This document shows, one piece after another, positions 18,275 to 26,994 of a stretch of 64,000 bases of DNA. Under the pieces are notes generated by a model. That model did no database searches, was not told the origin of the DNA, and saw only the letters and a list, made by a program, of their open reading frames with translations. Each line of letters begins with the position of its first letter. The first letter of the stretch is position 1. Origin of the DNA: Bacteriovoracaceae bacterium (GTDB lineage Bacteria > Bdellovibrionota > Bacteriovoracia > Bacteriovoracales > Bacteriovoracaceae); NCBI GenBank assembly GCA_048270185.1, contig JBLWTJ010000002.1:544001-608000 (forward strand), written 5' to 3'. The position numbers and the translations under genes are program-made.

Positions 18275-18302
18275 AGATGGGAACGAACAGATACATGTCA
18301 AG
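18275..18302 (-). promoter_or_regulatory. sigma-32 (RpoH)-type promoter for groESL
   Basis: Minus strand CTTGAC-N14-TCCCATCT, resembling CTTGAA...CCCCATNT. Confidence 0.6.
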
Positions 18303-18439
18303 GGTCAATAATAAGAAAAACTTTCATTTTTTCACCTGCGCATAGCAGTAAATTCTTTCCACAACCCTAAGTTTGTGAGATATTGCGAAAAATTAAGAAC
18401 TTAACTTATATTTAGAGGAGTTATTCCGATAAAACTCGT

Positions 18440-20185
18440 ATGAAGCTAAAGTTTAATCAAAAACTTTTAGGAAGATTTCTGCAAGATGAAACAGCAGAAG
18501 AGAGAACATTTTTTGTCCTTACGCTGATTACAGGCGTCGCTTCAGCTTTCGTGGCCGTAGGCCTTCAAAAGGGAGTCCACTGGCTCCAACATATCTTTAA
18601 AACAGACACAACTTTTACTTGGGAATCTGTCCTCTATGGAGGAATCGCTCTCTTTATTTCAGGTTGGCTGACAACTCGTAAATTTCCATTTTCAGAAGGT
18701 TCAGGAATTCCAAAAGTCAGGGCCGCCTTGGTTGTCGATCACGGTAAGATTAATCTTCGCGACACTATTGCAAAAGCTATAACTACTCTACTGGCCCTTG
18801 GCTCCGGTGTTTCGCTTGGACGAGAAGGTCCAACTGTAACCATTGCCTCAGGGATTGCTTCATGGCTTGGTTACTCATTTCATATTTCTAAAAAAAGAAT
18901 TAAGGCCCTCGTTGCAGTTGGTGCTGCAGGTGGTATTGCGGCTGCTTTCGCGACGCCAATTTCTGCCGTTGTCTTTACACTAGAAGAGGTCGTTGGTGAC
19001 CTCAACGCAAAAGTTCTAGGTTCGATTGTTATCTCATCAGTTGTTGCGGCCATAACAGGCCAGATGCTTACAGGCCAACACCACATGTTTGAGCAACTAT
19101 TTTATAAGATGCACGACAATCGCGAGCTTTTCTTCTACCTGCTAATTGGTGTCTCTTGTGCCGTTATTGGTCCACTATGGATGAAGTCAGTTCTCGCCTT
19201 TAGAGAATTCAATCGTACATATATGAAAAGTCACAAGCTAACTTATATGATGATCGTCTTCTTAATTATTGCACTGATGACACAAATTCATTCAAGTGTC
19301 ATTGGAAGTGGTCACGGAACAATCGAAGATACTTTACTATCACTTATTCTCGATCCCAAAATTTTAGGGCTTATGTTCTGCCTTAAATTTCTTGCAACAT
19401 CTCTTTGTTACTCAGCAGGAATTTCAGGGGGTCTCTTTATGCCAACTCTTCTGATGGGTGCTACTCTTGGAAGTTTAATTGGATCACTTGCAAGTATCTT
19501 CTTTCCAGAAATCACGACAAATACCGGAGCCTATGCTTTAGTTGGTATGGGTGCATTCTTTGTGACAGTTATTCGCGCTCCATTTACATCCATTTTAATC
19601 GTATTCGAATTAACGAGAGATTATAATATTATTCTACCACTGATGATCGCAAATATTATTGCCTATATGCTTTCATCAAAATTCACTGATGAATCAATCT
19701 ATGAACAAATTTCAGCGCAAGATGGTATTCACCTGCCAACACGAGAAGATCTAGAAGTACTTGATCAACTTCATGTTGAGGATGCCATGGTAAAAGATAT
19801 TGTTACTTATGGAGCGACATTAACAGTTAGTGAAACTCTAAAAGATATCGAAAAATTCAATCCAGGAATTCAGGGCTTTCCTGTTTTAAAGAACGGGCGT
19901 CTTCTTGGAATGATGTCTACATCAGAGCTTAAACTTCAATTGGCCAAGGGAAATGGCGATACAAGAATCGAGCATTGTTGTGAAAAGAAAATTATCAAGA
20001 TCTATCCAGATCAAAGTTTATATATTGCCCTTCATCGTTTAAAAAGATTTCAAATCTCACGTCTACCAGTCGTTTCAAGACTTGATGAAAAACGCATCAT
20101 TGGTATTCTCACTCCAAAAGATATTGTTCAACAATTTGGTTATCAAATATCTGAAACAAAAGAAGCTGAGAAATTCGAAGCTTAA
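18440..20185 (+). CDS. ClC chloride/H+ antiporter with two CBS domains
   Basis: GSGIP, GREGP (gating Glu), GGLFMP, C-terminal CBS pair. Confidence 0.93.
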   Translation: MKLKFNQKLLGRFLQDETAEERTFFVLTLITGVASAFVAVGLQKGVHWLQHIFKTDTTFTWESVLYGGIALFISGWLTTRKFPFSEGSGIPKVRAALVVDHGKINLRDTIAKAITTLLALGSGVSLGREGPTVTIASGIASWLGYSFHISKKRIKALVAVGAAGGIAAAFATPISAVVFTLEEVVGDLNAKVLGSIVISSVVAAITGQMLTGQHHMFEQLFYKMHDNRELFFYLLIGVSCAVIGPLWMKSVLAFREFNRTYMKSHKLTYMMIVFLIIALMTQIHSSVIGSGHGTIEDTLLSLILDPKILGLMFCLKFLATSLCYSAGISGGLFMPTLLMGATLGSLIGSLASIFFPEITTNTGAYALVGMGAFFVTVIRAPFTSILIVFELTRDYNIILPLMIANIIAYMLSSKFTDESIYEQISAQDGIHLPTREDLEVLDQLHVEDAMVKDIVTYGATLTVSETLKDIEKFNPGIQGFPVLKNGRLLGMMSTSELKLQLAKGNGDTRIEHCCEKKIIKIYPDQSLYIALHRLKRFQISRLPVVSRLDEKRIIGILTPKDIVQQFGYQISETKEAEKFEA

Positions 20186-20325
20186 TCTTTTCTTAAAGCT
20201 AATTAAAGAGATGGTGAATTAACCATTCTTAACCTTGACCCCTATCGACTTTCATTTTTTAGGTTGCTACAAATTTCTTCATCAATATTTTTTGTCTAAC
20301 AACCTAACTTAAAAAGGAGAGGGTA

Positions 20326-21546
20326 ATGAAGTTTTTTATTGCAACAACCATGTTCCTCGCAGCTTTTACTTCACAAGCCGCAAGAGTACAATTTGACTTT
20401 GATGTTTATTCATCAGGTGCATCAATTTATCCATGTAACGCTGGTATTAAGCACAAAAAACATCAAGGTGTTTTTTGCTATAATCCAAACACAGGTGACT
20501 CATGTAATCCAAATGGTGGATCACAAAATGGACCGAGTAATGGACCAGGTAATCCAGGTGGTGGGTTTGGATTCCCAGGCGGTGGAGCAACTGGTGGTCA
20601 ATTCCCAGGAAATGGTGGTTTCCCAGGGCAAGGTAACGGGCCAGGTTTCCTAGCTGATATTGGTCTACAAGAAACACCTCCTCCATCAAACAACTGTGAT
20701 CCACAAACAGGTGAAGGTTGTGACTGTGTTTGTGCGGGTGATCTAGATGGACGTTACGAGAACACTCTTGATACAGCAAGAGGAGAATTCACAAAATGGC
20801 GTGATCATGGTGATGATCAATCAAACTTCAGCATTACAATTGAAAAAAATGCTGGATCACAAGACTTTCACAAGCTAATTGATAGTGATGATCAATTTGG
20901 AAAGAGACTTAAGTCACTTTCATTCAACCTTGGTTCAGAACTTTATGGTTCAAAGTACTTTGTTGATATTTGCTATAGAGCGACTCAAATCGACTATGGA
21001 CAAGATGCTGACTACAACCTAGTTGAGGCTTCAAATACTGATAACTTAAAATTCGTACTTCCAGAAGAAATTGCTGATGAAGACGGAATTGTTATGCTTC
21101 CAGAGTCAATCAATCATCCAATATATAAGTTTGAAAGAAAAATTACTGTAACTGACCTAGCGGGAAGTAACACAAGTAATGACTGGGACCTTGATGAAGA
21201 CGATATTATCTGGTCAGAGGAAAGTTATCAATCAGCTTCAAGACTTTCAGTTAGATCTAAAATTTACTGTAAAGACAAGAACGATAACTACGTAAGCATC
21301 TACGGAGGTTCAGGTAACCCAACAGCTTCAATCGATCTTTCGGCAACATCAGTTCTTGAGTTCTACGACCGTTATGCTCACGCAGACCTAAAAGGTTGTA
21401 TCGTTCGCTACGAGTTCGAAGAAAAAGCAAGATATGCAAATGAAGTTACTGACAAGTTCAGAAGATGGAAAATGCAAGCAGCTAATGTATGTACAGACAC
21501 TGCGATCACAAATGTTCAAGGACATGATCACGATTATGACTTTTAG
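20326..21546 (+). CDS. secreted Cys-containing protein with a Gly/Pro/Asn-rich insert
   Basis: Signal peptide ending SQA; SD AAGGAG; followed by a terminator. Confidence 0.85.
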   Translation: MKFFIATTMFLAAFTSQAARVQFDFDVYSSGASIYPCNAGIKHKKHQGVFCYNPNTGDSCNPNGGSQNGPSNGPGNPGGGFGFPGGGATGGQFPGNGGFPGQGNGPGFLADIGLQETPPPSNNCDPQTGEGCDCVCAGDLDGRYENTLDTARGEFTKWRDHGDDQSNFSITIEKNAGSQDFHKLIDSDDQFGKRLKSLSFNLGSELYGSKYFVDICYRATQIDYGQDADYNLVEASNTDNLKFVLPEEIADEDGIVMLPESINHPIYKFERKITVTDLAGSNTSNDWDLDEDDIIWSEESYQSASRLSVRSKIYCKDKNDNYVSIYGGSGNPTASIDLSATSVLEFYDRYAHADLKGCIVRYEFEEKARYANEVTDKFRRWKMQAANVCTDTAITNVQGHDHDYDF

Positions 21547-21563
21547 AATTTAATTTAAATCAT

Positions 21564-21588
21564 AGGGGGAGTCACTACTCCCCCTTTT
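21564..21588 (+). terminator. intrinsic terminator
   Basis: AGGGGGAGT-CACT-ACTCCCCCT then TTT. Confidence 0.8.
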
Positions 21589-21623
21589 ACTAAGTTTAGA
21601 AATGAGTAGAGGATGGGGAATAT

Positions 21624-23252
21624 ATGAAAGGATTAATATTATTTCTATTATCATTAAATACATTAGCGTGCCTAAGTGTCACGGCACCTAAAAATCTCAA
21701 CATATCAATTTCTCCACTTAGTAAGAGTTTATTTGTCTATGATGAAAATGGTGTTGCGAAAGAAAGTATGCCTGAAATTAATGCAGTAGACTGTCTAGCA
21801 ACAGCAAAGAATAAGCACTATACAATGTTTACAGTAGGAATTGAGAACTACATTCTAACTGACCAGTTCTTAACTTATAGTATCAACGATCGAATTACAT
21901 ATGGCTCTAAGGACTTTTGTCGAATTGAGAATTTAGACGACACTCAGGGAACACTTAAAGATGATAGAGAGCAACGCTTATTAAAGCGTCGTAGAGTTAT
22001 GAATCGCTGTCTGACATTTGAAGTCAAAGATCGTTCAAAAACAGGGATCGAATTTCCTGAATCTCAACCCGGTTGTCGAGTCGAGAGAATTGATGAGAAC
22101 ACTGCCCGATTTGAAGGTTACTTCTGTTTCTTTAAACCTAAAATGGACTCCGCTCTATCTCTAACACCAGTTATTTCACCAAAATGTTTAACAAATGAAT
22201 TCTACAAGGAAAACCAATTTGAACTTCAAGATATTCTGGCATCAATTGGAGTTTATATATCGGGAGATGCGACAGGAAGATCGTCTGTTCTTCAATATAT
22301 TAATGATGTCAAATTAAGGCTAAACCAGTCACCCGAGAATATCATTCCTGTCAATAAAACGGTTAATCCAAATGCACCAAAGTTTCCTACGAACTGGAGG
22401 GTTAAGGATATTAACCTTGGTAAAATTCAAATACAACAGTCAAAAGATACAAATTTATTCTTAGGAGTCCCACTTTTTGTAAGAAATTCGTGCGAAAAAA
22501 GCTGTAACGATGGACTATGCTCAAGTTCATGTAACTATACTCAACCTGTGACAGCAGAGTTTGTTCTAAGTGAGATCGAAGAGAAGAGAAATAAAAGACA
22601 CTATATAACTTCATGGTTTGATGGTGGCGTTTCACCAGCTAATTGGACAGGATTAATAACAGGAATTGGTACAAATATTACTTCTAGCTATATACAAGAA
22701 GGAAAAACGTATGAGCTCGAAGCATTACTAGATGATCAAGAATATAATTTCATGATGTTTAAGGGGCGAATAAAGAGTCGTCTTACCCTTAGGCCAATAA
22801 CAATCCCTAGAATAAGAAGGGAGGGGAAGTCACTTAGCGCCCTTAATCCTTTTGCAAAAATTGAAACATTAAAGACACTTCCGACATTCCCTGTATTTGA
22901 TACGATTCGCTTTACAGGAAATAGTCACGTAGGTGTTAAGAACACTGTTAATTCTATCAGCAGAGTTTTTGAAGATCCTATTTGGCCACCTTATTTCAAT
23001 AATTATTGTGCGGACAACACTTGTGTCTTAATGAAAGAGCACAAACTTAGACTAAAATTAAAATTTAAAGTTGTTAAAAACAAAGATACTGAGAAGCTTG
23101 AAGCAGCAGATATCAGCTATGAGAAAATCAGTAATATTGAAGATAATAAAGTGGTTAACAAGTACGAAGCTCCATATTTTACTTGTACACCACCAGGACA
23201 AGACCCAACAGATGACAACGATGACGATGATTTCGGGGACATTGATTTTTAA
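21624..23252 (+). CDS. secreted Cys-rich hypothetical protein (possible lipoprotein)
   Basis: Signal ending TLAC; CxxxCxxxxCxxxC motif; acidic tail ending in F. Confidence 0.8.
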   Translation: MKGLILFLLSLNTLACLSVTAPKNLNISISPLSKSLFVYDENGVAKESMPEINAVDCLATAKNKHYTMFTVGIENYILTDQFLTYSINDRITYGSKDFCRIENLDDTQGTLKDDREQRLLKRRRVMNRCLTFEVKDRSKTGIEFPESQPGCRVERIDENTARFEGYFCFFKPKMDSALSLTPVISPKCLTNEFYKENQFELQDILASIGVYISGDATGRSSVLQYINDVKLRLNQSPENIIPVNKTVNPNAPKFPTNWRVKDINLGKIQIQQSKDTNLFLGVPLFVRNSCEKSCNDGLCSSSCNYTQPVTAEFVLSEIEEKRNKRHYITSWFDGGVSPANWTGLITGIGTNITSSYIQEGKTYELEALLDDQEYNFMMFKGRIKSRLTLRPITIPRIRREGKSLSALNPFAKIETLKTLPTFPVFDTIRFTGNSHVGVKNTVNSISRVFEDPIWPPYFNNYCADNTCVLMKEHKLRLKLKFKVVKNKDTEKLEAADISYEKISNIEDNKVVNKYEAPYFTCTPPGQDPTDDNDDDDFGDIDF

Positions 23253-23296
23253 TATATTAATGAGTGCAACAAACAAAACTATAAGAGGAGAAAGAA

Positions 23297-23830
23297 ATGA
23301 AAAGATTACTAATGTTATTACTACTAGTCATATCAACATCAATCATGGCACAAGACAGTGGAGATATTGATGATATGTTTGGCGGAGGAGACGATCACTT
23401 TGAATTTGAGAAATTCTCTAATGAAGAAATATTACTAAAGATCGAGGAAGACATTAAAGTTTCATGTCGAAAAGGTCTATGTACTCTCTTTGCAACAGAG
23501 AATAAGTTTGGTGGCTTTGAAGTCGGCTTCAATATAGGAGAAGGCATGAATCAACAAGCTGGAAGTGGTGTCAATATCTATACAGGAGGATACGGTGGAC
23601 AAATCAATGGTGAGTACTGGGGAGTCAATGTTAGATACTACAACGGTAAGTGTACTCAAAGGATCAAAGTACCTAAGTCTGTTTACATTGCAATTAATCG
23701 TTACATGTATGGCCTGCTTGATACTGATGGGAATACACGTCGTGGCTTCACTCCAGCAGATGAAGCGATGATTCTCTTTTATACAACAATCATCGGAAAA
23801 TCAGGAAGTTGTGCAAATAGTGGAAAGTAA
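23297..23830 (+). CDS. secreted hypothetical protein
   Basis: Signal ending IMA; SD GAGGAG; Cys pairs. Confidence 0.8.
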   Translation: MKRLLMLLLLVISTSIMAQDSGDIDDMFGGGDDHFEFEKFSNEEILLKIEEDIKVSCRKGLCTLFATENKFGGFEVGFNIGEGMNQQAGSGVNIYTGGYGGQINGEYWGVNVRYYNGKCTQRIKVPKSVYIAINRYMYGLLDTDGNTRRGFTPADEAMILFYTTIIGKSGSCANSGK

Positions 23831-23879
23831 GCTCTAAAATTAAACTTTTCTTTAATTGTTAAGAAATATTCAAAATTAT

Positions 23880-23910
23880 AAAACCTCTCTATGAGAGGTT
23901 TTTCTTTTTT
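23880..23910 (+). terminator. terminator-like hairpin overlapping the next start codon
   Basis: AAAACCTCTC-TAT-GAGAGGTTTT followed by TCTTTTTT. Confidence 0.5.
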
Positions 23911-26527
23911 CCTATTTATCCTAATACAATCACTTAGCTTTGCCGGTACAAAGTGGCATGAGTGGAAATATCCTGAAATTGCTAATCTCGAAGTAAAACT
24001 CAATACGATCGAATTAAGTAATCGCTCGGCCTGTGCCATTGACTCAAAAAAACCAACTCGATCAATGTTTATTTTCTTAAACAATACAATCGCGGCAAAA
24101 GCAGCATACAGACTTGCGCTAAGGACTGGTCAAGACAAGACACTTGTAACAAAAGAGTTAATTCGCGACTTTAGAAATAAAACCACAAGAGTTTTACAAG
24201 AGGTACATGAACGTCTACTGACTGGAAGCTTGCCCCTGCTTCCCTATCTTGATAGCAAGGCCAATATCCCACCCAAGTACAGTAAAATGATTAAAGATTG
24301 TCATGGTAAAATGAGTTGCCCAAAACTCGATAAATACCTTGATGATTTGTGGCATAGTGACCATAAGTTAAGAAACAGACTCTACGACTCGTTCGAAGAT
24401 GATAATTACTTTAAACGAAAATATCTCACTAATAATAAGACCTTCGAATGTGTTAAAGTTAAGAAATTTAGTGCACTTCAGGCCAATCTCTTTGGACAAA
24501 AGCCAAGTATTCAAGACCTTAACCGCATGGCCAAAGACCTAGAGACTATCGAAGAAAATATTGAAGATTGTCGTATTGATGATATTGATAATATCACTAA
24601 CCTCCAAGTATCAGGTTACCAATTCGATATTCAAGGAATCAAAGAAAGATATTGGGATAAGAAAGTAGGTTTCGATTATTGGAATTCGATGAAGATCTAC
24701 TTTGCATGGGCCATGAAAAACTTAACAGTTGAGAGTGGCAAGTATGAACAAATTATTAAGAATACGAATACACAAGATTATATTCTCTTCGCCCCTAATG
24801 GCTGTAAGAGTGATATCATTCCAGAGTGTAATAATAAGAGACTTGCAGAAAATTCTTTTAGGGAGTTTTCTAAGAGAAACTTTGAAAAAGATGGCCTAAA
24901 TCTTGATATCCTATCCCCCATTTCAGAAGGGGCCCAAGAAGATATTCTGAAGAATCCATTTGCTGAAATTAACAAAGATATTCTCGATATTTCTTCACAC
25001 GATAATGCAGATGAGTGGATTGAACATATCTTTAAAAATCAAATTGGAACAAAGAATTATCTTAAAAATAAAATTGTCGATGCCCTTACTTTCTATAGTC
25101 TATTGGAGAATCGTTTAAGGCCTGAAGAAATTAAAGATCAACTAGACTTCTACTATCGTAACCTTGAAAAAGATGTTTTTAAGAATGATCTCTATTACTT
25201 ATGTGCAGAAGCTTCTGTTATCTCTGATGAAGTATTTAGCTTCACAAAGAAGCATATTGAAGGGCTAAAAGGTACTACATTCATCGACAACCTCGACCTA
25301 ATATTTCAAAACAAGCCTTATGATTCAATAATTGATTATTATATTAGATTAATGAATGAAACTCGAAAGTATTGCAATGATCTTAAACAAAAAGATATTT
25401 TTGACGATACATTCGAATTTGAGCCCAAGGGATTTCATCAGTGGTATATCGACAAAACACGTGGTGATCAAACCTTTGAAACAGATCCTGAAAAACACTA
25501 TGATAATGAAATTCTATCTCAAGACTTTATCACTTTTAATGGTAGTGATGAAGTCATATGTCGTTCAATTAGCCACTGTCTTCGAAAGAGTATTCTCAAT
25601 ATTATTGAAACAGCAAGAGTGACTTATTACGGTGATCTCTTTTGGAAGTCAAAATATTCTCAGGGCTCTGCCGATATATTTAACCCATACGCTGACCGCA
25701 CGGCCTGTAAGGTCTATGACCCTTATTATAAGACAAAAGCCGTCATGACTCAGTTTGTATCTAATATTGGGCAAGCAATGATGAGCTTCTTTACTCCCGG
25801 CATTGTCTACACAAAAATTAGTTTAAGTCCTGGGTATGTTACTTCATTTGAAAAGATGATTGAAAATGGAGAAATTCAATACAATACCAAGTATGAAAAG
25901 AATAAAGTTAATGTGGAGTTAATTACAGAATTTGGTCCTCTCATTGGTATTCCATGTGCTATTTCAATAACAGGTAGTAATAGAAGTCCTACAAATCTTT
26001 ATCATTTTAGGGGTATCTCAGTTGGAGCTTGTGTTGATCGAACCGGTGGAGATGTTATTGCCAATAGTGGCTCCGATGTCTCAACCAATGAGCCAGATGG
26101 AGCGGCTGCATGTGCTGCCTGTAGGATAAATTTTGAAGGTGTTTCAAATACTCTCACCTATTTCAATTCAAAGCTTGGGCCCTTATTCTATGTCGTAAGA
26201 ACTCTATATAGCCTTTATAAAGGACTAACTGATTTTGATAATATTCCACGACGCTGGGATCTGGATCTCAATAAGCTTAAAACAACATATCGCCGCTTTG
26301 GTGAAATTCCAAAGAGGTGCCGCTCAACTCTCTTACGAGGAGAAAATTGTCTTAGAGATGCACAAGAGAAAGTAGCTGTTGAGTTAATTCAAAAGAATCC
26401 TTTAACAATACTCGCTTCTAAGAAATATGTAAGTGGCTATATGTTTAAAGTAGCTGAATGTAAGAATGAAATAAGAGTGAGTATTGATGAACAATATGCA
26501 AGGATTGTATCAAAATGCGAAAAATAA
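23891..26527 (+). CDS. large secreted Cys-rich hypothetical protein
   Basis: 878 aa; signal ending SFA; many Cys, including CAAC. Confidence 0.8.
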   Translation: MRGFSFFLFILIQSLSFAGTKWHEWKYPEIANLEVKLNTIELSNRSACAIDSKKPTRSMFIFLNNTIAAKAAYRLALRTGQDKTLVTKELIRDFRNKTTRVLQEVHERLLTGSLPLLPYLDSKANIPPKYSKMIKDCHGKMSCPKLDKYLDDLWHSDHKLRNRLYDSFEDDNYFKRKYLTNNKTFECVKVKKFSALQANLFGQKPSIQDLNRMAKDLETIEENIEDCRIDDIDNITNLQVSGYQFDIQGIKERYWDKKVGFDYWNSMKIYFAWAMKNLTVESGKYEQIIKNTNTQDYILFAPNGCKSDIIPECNNKRLAENSFREFSKRNFEKDGLNLDILSPISEGAQEDILKNPFAEINKDILDISSHDNADEWIEHIFKNQIGTKNYLKNKIVDALTFYSLLENRLRPEEIKDQLDFYYRNLEKDVFKNDLYYLCAEASVISDEVFSFTKKHIEGLKGTTFIDNLDLIFQNKPYDSIIDYYIRLMNETRKYCNDLKQKDIFDDTFEFEPKGFHQWYIDKTRGDQTFETDPEKHYDNEILSQDFITFNGSDEVICRSISHCLRKSILNIIETARVTYYGDLFWKSKYSQGSADIFNPYADRTACKVYDPYYKTKAVMTQFVSNIGQAMMSFFTPGIVYTKISLSPGYVTSFEKMIENGEIQYNTKYEKNKVNVELITEFGPLIGIPCAISITGSNRSPTNLYHFRGISVGACVDRTGGDVIANSGSDVSTNEPDGAAACAACRINFEGVSNTLTYFNSKLGPLFYVVRTLYSLYKGLTDFDNIPRRWDLDLNKLKTTYRRFGEIPKRCRSTLLRGENCLRDAQEKVAVELIQKNPLTILASKKYVSGYMFKVAECKNEIRVSIDEQYARIVSKCEK

Positions 26528-26994
26528 TATTTTCATTACTACTTTGTCTACCTTCCTTTGCCATCCAGCTAGATATTCAATGGACAGAAAGCTTCACAAA
26601 AGAGATTCATTTAAACTGTGGTTTCATTGGCTGTCTCGATGGTTATAGTAATGATATTATTGAAGAAGAAGTATGTGACGAGTGCTTTTCTGACTCAATT
26701 AATGCCACCTTTATTTTCAAGTACATTACGACTTATCTTCATGTAGGAGAAAGAATCTCTGAAGAGGAATTTCTCAATTACCTCTATCAACGTGAATACA
26801 TTTCGATCAATTATCAAACACCTTACGATATCGTCTCGAGCCGTTCAACGGCAATCAAGAGAATACTCTACAAAGAACTATGTCCAAATGATGATGATCC
26901 AATAATATTCTTTAGAAGAAGTTATGACGATATATACTCCTTCCCCGAAGTGATTTATTGCGGGGAAGAAGTTTATGAAGCGGTATTATTTTAA
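26515..26994 (+). CDS. secreted Cys-rich hypothetical protein
   Basis: Signal ending SFA; CxxxxC and CDEC; overlaps upstream stop. Confidence 0.75.
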   Translation: MRKIIFSLLLCLPSFAIQLDIQWTESFTKEIHLNCGFIGCLDGYSNDIIEEEVCDECFSDSINATFIFKYITTYLHVGERISEEEFLNYLYQREYISINYQTPYDIVSSRSTAIKRILYKELCPNDDDPIIFFRRSYDDIYSFPEVIYCGEEVYEAVLF

